This document shows, in pieces, positions 57,707 through 64,000 of a stretch of DNA of 64,000 bases. The translations under genes and the position numbers were made by a program. Within the stretch, counting starts at the first letter, position 1; each line of letters opens with the position of its first letter. The notes beneath the pieces were generated by a model. That model made no database searches. It was not told the origin of the DNA and saw nothing but the letters and a program-made list of their open reading frames with translations. Origin of the DNA: Auanema rhodensis (Eukaryota; Animalia; Nematoda); assembly GCA_964057225.1 (NCBI GenBank), contig OZ059894.1:4464001-4528000 (forward strand), in the 5' to 3' direction.

Positions 57707-60700
57707 CATCATTTTTCAAACGATCATAACTAATTTTTGTATTAAGCGTTTCTCAATGTAGTATAGTGCATTCGATGCGGATTTTTAAGCTGCGTCGATC
57801 TGTGTTATCAGATTTGCGCTAGCTTAAAAATGCACCGAGATATCAACTGATATAAGTTCACACTTATATCCTCGATTTTCACCCTGAAGAAATAATTTTT
57901 TCGTTGAATAACATTGTCCATCGTCTTTGCCTTGAAAAAAGGAATCTAAAAACATCTACTTTTTGCTAAATTATTTTGAAATTTTTCGAAAAAATTTTTG
58001 TTAAAATGTTTTTGGAAGCAATGTTGAGTGTACATGGAAACTCAACATACACTAATGCATCATTTTTCAAACGATCATAACTAATTTTTGTATCAAGCGT
58101 TTCTTAATGTAGTATAGTGCATTCGATGCGGATTTTTAAGCTGCGTCGATCTGTGTTATCAGATTTGCGCTAGCTTAAAAATGCACCGAGATATCAACTG
58201 ATATAAGTTCACACATATATACCCGATTTTCACCCTGAAGAATTAATTTTTTCGTTGAATAACATTGTCCATCGTCTTTGCCTTGAAAAAAGGAATCTAA
58301 AAACATCTACTTTTTGCTAAATTATTTTGAAATTTTTCGAAAAAATTTTTGTCAAAATGTTTTTGGAAGCAATGTTGAGTGTACATGGAAACTCAACATA
58401 CACTAATGCATCATTTTTCAAACGATCATAACTAATTTTTGTATTAAGCGTTTCTCAATGTAGTATAAAGCATTCGATGCGGATTTTTAAGCTGCGTCGA
58501 TCTGTGTTATCAGATTTGCGCTAGCTTAAAAATGCACCGAGATATCAACTGATATAAGTTCACACTTATATCCTCGATTTTCACCCTGAAGAATTAATTT
58601 TTTCGTTGAATAACATTGTCCATCGTCTTTGCCTTGAAAAATGGAATCTAACAACATCTACTTTTTGCTAAATTATTTTGAAATTTTTCGAAAAAATTTT
58701 TGTCAAAATGTTTTTGGAAGCAATGTTGAGTGTACATGGAAACTCAACATACACTAATGCATCATTTTTCAAACGATCATAACTAATTTTTGTATTAAGC
58801 GTTTCTCAATGTAGTATAGTGCATTCGATGCGGATTTTTAAGCTGCGTCGATCTGTGTTATTAGATTTGCGCTAGCTTAAAAATGCACCGAGATATCAAC
58901 TGATATAAGTTCACACTTATATCCTCGATTTTCACCCTGAAGAATTAATTTTTTCGTTGAATAACATTGTCCATCGTCTTTGCCTTGAAAAATGGAATCT
59001 AAAAACATCTACTTTTTGCTAAATTATTTTGAAATTTTTCGAAAAAATTTTTGTTAAAATGTTTTTGGAAGCAATGTTGAGTGTACATGGAAACTCAACA
59101 TACACTAATGCATCATTTTTCAAACGATCATAACTAATTTTTGTATCAAGCGTTTCTTAATGTAGTATAGTGCATTCGATGCGGATTTTTAAGCTGCGTC
59201 GATCTGTGTTATCAGATTTGCGCTAGCTTAAAAATGCACCGAGATATCAACTGATATAAGTTCACACATATATACCCGATTTTCACCCTAAAGAATTAAT
59301 TTTTTCGTTGAATAACATTGTCCATCGTCTTTGCCTTGAAAAAAGGAATCTAAAAACATCTACTTTTTGCTAAATTATTTTGAAATTTTTCGAAAAAATT
59401 TTTGTCAAAATGTTTTTGGAAGCAATGTTGAGTGTACATGGAAACTCAACATACACTAATGCATCATTTTTCAAACGATCATAACTAATTTTTGTATTAA
59501 GCGTTTCTCAATGTAGTATAAAGCATTCGATGCGGATTTTTAAGCTGCGTCGATCTGTGTTATCAGATTTGCGCTAGCTTAAAAATGCACCGAGATATCA
59601 ACTGATATAAGTTCACACTTATATCCTCGATTTTCACCCTGAAGAATTAATTTTTTCGTTGAATAACATTGTCCATCGTCTTTGCCTTGAAAAATGGAAT
59701 CTAAAAACATCTACTTTTTGCTAAATTATTTTGAAATTTTTCGAAAAAATTTTTGTCAAAATGTTTTTGGAAGCAATGTTGAGTGTACATGGAAACTCAA
59801 CATACACTAATGCATCATTTTTCAAACGATCATAACTAATTTTTGTATCAAGCGTTTCTTAATGTAGTATAGTGCATTCGATTCGGATTTTTAAGCTGCG
59901 TCGATCTGTGTTATCAGATTTGCGCTAGCTTAAAAATGCACCGAGATATCAACTGATATAAGTTCACACTTATATCCTCGATTTTCACCCTGAAGAATTA
60001 ATTTTTTCGTTGAATAACATTGTCCATCGTCTTTGCCTTGAAAAATGGAATCTAAAAACATCTACTTTTTGCTAAATTATTTTGAAATTTTTCGAAAAAA
60101 TTTTTGTTAAAATGTTTTTGGAAGCAATGTTGAGTGTACATGGAAACTCAACATACACTAATGCATCATTTTTCAAACGATCATAACTAATTTTTGTATT
60201 AAGCGTTTCTCAATGTAGTATAGTGCATTCGATGCGGATTTTTAAGCTGCGTCGATCTGTGTTATCAGATTTGCGCTAGCTTAAAAATGCACCGAGATAT
60301 CAACTGATATAAGTTCACACATATATACCCGATTTTCACCCTAAAGAATTGATTTTTTCGTTGAATAACATTGTCCATCGTCTTTGCCTTGAAAAAAGGA
60401 ATCTAAAAACATCTACTTTTTGCTAAATTATTTTGAAATTTTTCGAAAAAATTTTTGTCAAAATGTTTTTGGAAGCAATGTTGAGTGTACATGGAAACTC
60501 AACATACACTAATGCATCATTTTTCAAACGATCATAACTAATTTTTGTATCAAGCGTTTCTTAATGTAGTATAGTGCATTCGATTCGGATTTTTAAGCTG
60601 CGTCGATCTGTGTTATCAGATTTGCGCTAGCTTAAAAATGCACCGAGATATCAACTGATATAAGTTCACACTTATATCCTCGATTTTCACCCTGAAGAAT

Positions 60701-60865
60701 TAATTTTTTCGTTGAATAACATTGTCCATCGTCTTCGCCTTGAAAAATGGAATCTAAAAACATCTACTTTTTGCTGAATTATTTTGAAATTTTTCGAAAA
60801 AATTTTTGTCAAAATGTTTTTGGAAGCAATGTTGAGTGTACATGGAAACTCAACATACACTAATG
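57707..60865. repeat. Local imperfect 3-mer higher-order repeat (1053-bp period)
   Basis: Marker ACACATATATACCCG at 58211, 59264, 60317, each preceded by a monomer carrying TTGTTAAAATG. Confidence 0.82.
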
Positions 60866-63800
60866 CATCATTTTTCAAACGATCATAACTAATTTTTGTA
60901 TTAAGCGTTTCTCAATGTAGTATAAAGCATTCGATGCGGATTTTTAAGCTGCGTCGATCTGTGTTATCAGATTTGCGCTAGCTTAAAAATGCACCGAGAT
61001 ATCAACTGATATAAGTTCACACTTATATCCTCGATTTTCACCCTGAAGAATTAATTTTTTCGCTGAATAACATTGTCCATCGTCTTTGCCTTAAAAAATG
61101 GAATCTAAAAACATCTACTTTTTGCTAAATTATTTTGAAATTTTTCGAAAAAATTTTTGTCAAAATGTTTTTGGAAGCAATGTTGAGTGTACATGGAAAC
61201 TCAACATACACTAATGCATCATTTTTCAAACGATCATAACTAATTTTTGTATTGAGCGTTTCTCAATGTAGTATAAAGCATTCGATGCGGATTTTTAAGC
61301 TGCGTCGATCTGTGTTATCAGATTTGCGCTAGCTTAAAAATGCACCGAGATATCAACTGATATAAGTTCACACTTATATCCTCGATTTTCACCCTGAAGA
61401 ATTAATTTTTTTGTTGAATAACATCGTCCATCGTCTTTGCCTTGAAAAAAGGAATCTAAAAACATCTACTTTTTGCTAAATTATTTTGAAATTTTTCGAA
61501 AAAATTTTTGTCAAAATGTTTTTGGAAGCAATGTTGAGTGTACATGGAAACTCAACATACACTAATGCATCATTTTTCAAACGATCATAACTAATTTTTG
61601 TATTAAGCGTTCTTCCATGTAGTATAGTGCATTCGATGCGGATTTTTTAGCTGCGTCGATCTGTGTTATCAGATTTGCGCTAGCTTAAAAATGTACCGAG
61701 ATATCAACTGATATAAGTTCACACTTATATCTTCGATTTTCACCCTGAAGAATTAATTTTTTCGTTGAATAACATTGTCCATCGTCTTTGCCTTGAAAAA
61801 AGGAATCTAAAAACATCTACTTTTCGCTAAATTATTTTAAAATTTTTGAAAAAATTTTTGTCAAAATGTTTTTGGAAGCAATGTTGAGTGTACATGGAAA
61901 CTCAACATACACTAATGCATCATTTTTCAAACGATCATAACTAATTTTTGTATTAAGCGTTTCTCAATGTAGTATAGTGCATTCGATGCGGATTTTTAAG
62001 CTGCGTCGATCTGTGTTATCAGATTTGCGCTAGCTTAAAAATGCACCGAGATATCAACTGATATAAGTTCACACTTATATCCTCGATTTTCACCCTGAAG
62101 AAATAATTTTTTCGTTGAATAACATTGTCCATCGTCTTTGCCTTGAAAAAAGGAATCTAAAAACATCTACTTTTTGCTAAATTATTTTGAAATTTTTCGA
62201 AAAAATTTTTGTCAAAATGTTTTTGGAAGCAATGTTGAGTGTACATGGAAACTCAACATACACTAATGCATCATTTTTCAAACGATCATAACTAATTTTT
62301 GTATTAAGCGTTTCTCAATGTAGTTCAGTGCATTCGATGCGGATTTTTTAGCTGCGTCGATCTGTGTTATCAGATTTGCGCTAGCTTAAAAATGTACCGA
62401 GATATCAACTGATATAAGTTCACACTTATATCCTCGATTTTCACCCTGAAGAAATAATTTTTTCGTTGAATAACATTGTCCATCGTCTTTGCCTTGAAAA
62501 AAGGAATCTAAAAACATCTACTTTTTGCTAAATTATTTTGAAATTTTTCGAAAAAATTTTTGTCAAAATGTTTTTGGAAGCAATGTTGAGTGTACATGGA
62601 AACTCAACATACACTAATGCATCATTTTTCAAACGATCATAACTAATTTTTGTATTAAGCGTTTCTCAATGTAGTTTAGTGCATTCGATGCGGATTTTTT
62701 AGCTGCGTCGATCTGTGTTATCAGATTTGCGCTAGCTTAAAAATGTACCGAGATATCAACTGATATAAGTTCACACTTATATCCTCGATTTTCACCCTGA
62801 AGAATTAATTTTTTCGTTGAATAACATTGTCCATCGTCTTTGCCTTGAAAAAAGGAATCTAAAAACATCTACTTTTCGCTAAATTATTCTGAAATTTTTC
62901 GAAAAAATTTTTGTCAAAATGTTTTTGGAAGCAATGTTGAGTGTACATGGAAACTCAACATACACTAATGCATCATTTTTCAAACGATCATAACTAATTT
63001 TTGTATTAAGCGTTTCTCAATGTAGTATAGTGCATTCGATGCGGATTTTTAAGCTGCGTCGATCTGTGTTATCAGATTTGCGCTAGCTTAAAAATGCACC
63101 GAGATATCAACTGATATAAGTTCACACTTATATCCTCGATTTTCACCCTGAAGAAATAATTTTTTCGTTGAATAACATCGTCCATCGTCTTTGCCTTGAA
63201 AAAAGAAATCTAAAAACATCTACTTTTTGCTAAATTATTTTGAAATTTTTCGAAAAAATTTTTGTCAAAATGTTTTTGGAAGCAATGTTGAGTGTACATG
63301 GAAACTCAACATACACTAATGCATCATTTTTCAAACGATCATAACTAATTTTTGTATCAAGCGTTTCTCAATGTAGTTTAGTGCATTCGATGCGGATTTT
63401 TAAGCTGCGTCGATCTGTGTTATCAGATTTGCGCTAGCTTAAAAATGCACCGAGATATCAACTGATATAAGTTCACACTTATATCCTCGATTTTCACCCT
63501 GAAGAATTAATTTTTTCGTTGAATAACATTGTCCATCGTCTTTGCCTTGAAAAAAGAAATCTAAAAACATCTACTTTTTGCTAAATTATTTTGAAATTTT
63601 TCGAAAAAATTTTTGTCAAAATGTTTTTGGAAGCGATGTTGAGTGTACATGGAAACTCAACATACACTAATGCATCATTTTTCAAACGATCATAACTAAT
63701 TTTTGTATTAAGCGTTTCTCAATGTAGTATAGTGCATTCGATGCGGATTTTTAAGCTGCGTCGATCTGTGTTATCAGATTTGCGCTAGCTTAAAAATGCA

Positions 63801-64000
63801 CCGAGATATCAACTGATATAAGTTCACACTTATATCCTCGATTTTCACCCTGAAGAAATAATTTTTTCGTTGAATAACATCGTCCATCGTCTTTGCCTTG
63901 AAAAAAGAAATCTAAAAACATCTACTTTTTGCTAAATTATTTTGAAATTTTTCGAAAAAATTTTTGTCAAAATGTTTTTGGAAGCAATGTTGAGTGTACA

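Larger units (their letters stand above)
1..64000. repeat. Tandem satellite DNA array, 351-bp monomer, about 182.9 copies, single orientation
   Basis: CATCATTTTTCAAACGATCATAACT recurs at 1, 352, 686, 1037, ... 9781, 18841, 29291, 38751, 48581, 59111, 62971, 63673 with period 351 (334 for deletion copies, 350/352/353 for small indels). No non-repeat sequence seen; the array runs off both window ends. Confidence 0.99.
36645..64000. repeat. Subfamily B domain (monomers 106-183), diagnostic AAGAA(T/A)T
   Basis: No GAAGGAAT and no 17-bp deletion seen after 36480; GTATAG and TATTAAG become the majority alleles. Confidence 0.9.

Noticed and set aside
60687-60878. 63-aa minus-strand ORF from the ORF track
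   Set aside because: It starts at TTG and exists only because A-to-G at 60776 turns the TAG at codon 35, present in nearly all other monomers, into CAG. The same SNP at 42171 and 47438 is followed by another stop. No recognisable domain; chance read-through.
1-64000. CRISPR array or other repeat-spacer system
   Set aside because: The sequence between the palindromes is the same in every unit; there are no unique spacers, leader or cas genes.
1-64000. Sequencing or rolling-circle concatemer artefact
   Set aside because: Variants are shared in ordered, nested blocks and regional subfamilies, unlike random errors on one template, although local mis-assembly cannot be excluded.

Overview
The whole window is one uninterrupted head-to-tail tandem array (satellite DNA) of an AT-rich 351-bp monomer: 182 complete copies plus a final partial copy (63673-64000), all in the same orientation. 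A hand count of monomer 1 gives about 32% GC and 12 CpG. I found no genes, RNA genes, CRISPR spacers, transposon insertions or unique sequence; the single called ORF is a by-product of one SNP. I cannot name the satellite family or the host; the features fit a eukaryotic (probably invertebrate) centromeric, pericentromeric or subtelomeric array. The structure of interest is at two scales. (1) The monomer is largely built from four dyad-symmetry (hairpin/cruciform) modules plus a 10-bp long-range inverted repeat. (2) Diagnostic variants show a layered history: an A-type domain (CTGAAGGAAT, including 13 copies of a 334-bp deletion monomer), a B-type domain (CTGAAGAA), an interdigitated and more diverse boundary at about 29.3-36.6 kb, and nested block duplications or incipient higher-order repeats with offsets of 2, 3, 5, 6, 8, 12, 15, 21 and 63 monomers. 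All coordinates and counts were read by eye and should be confirmed by alignment.
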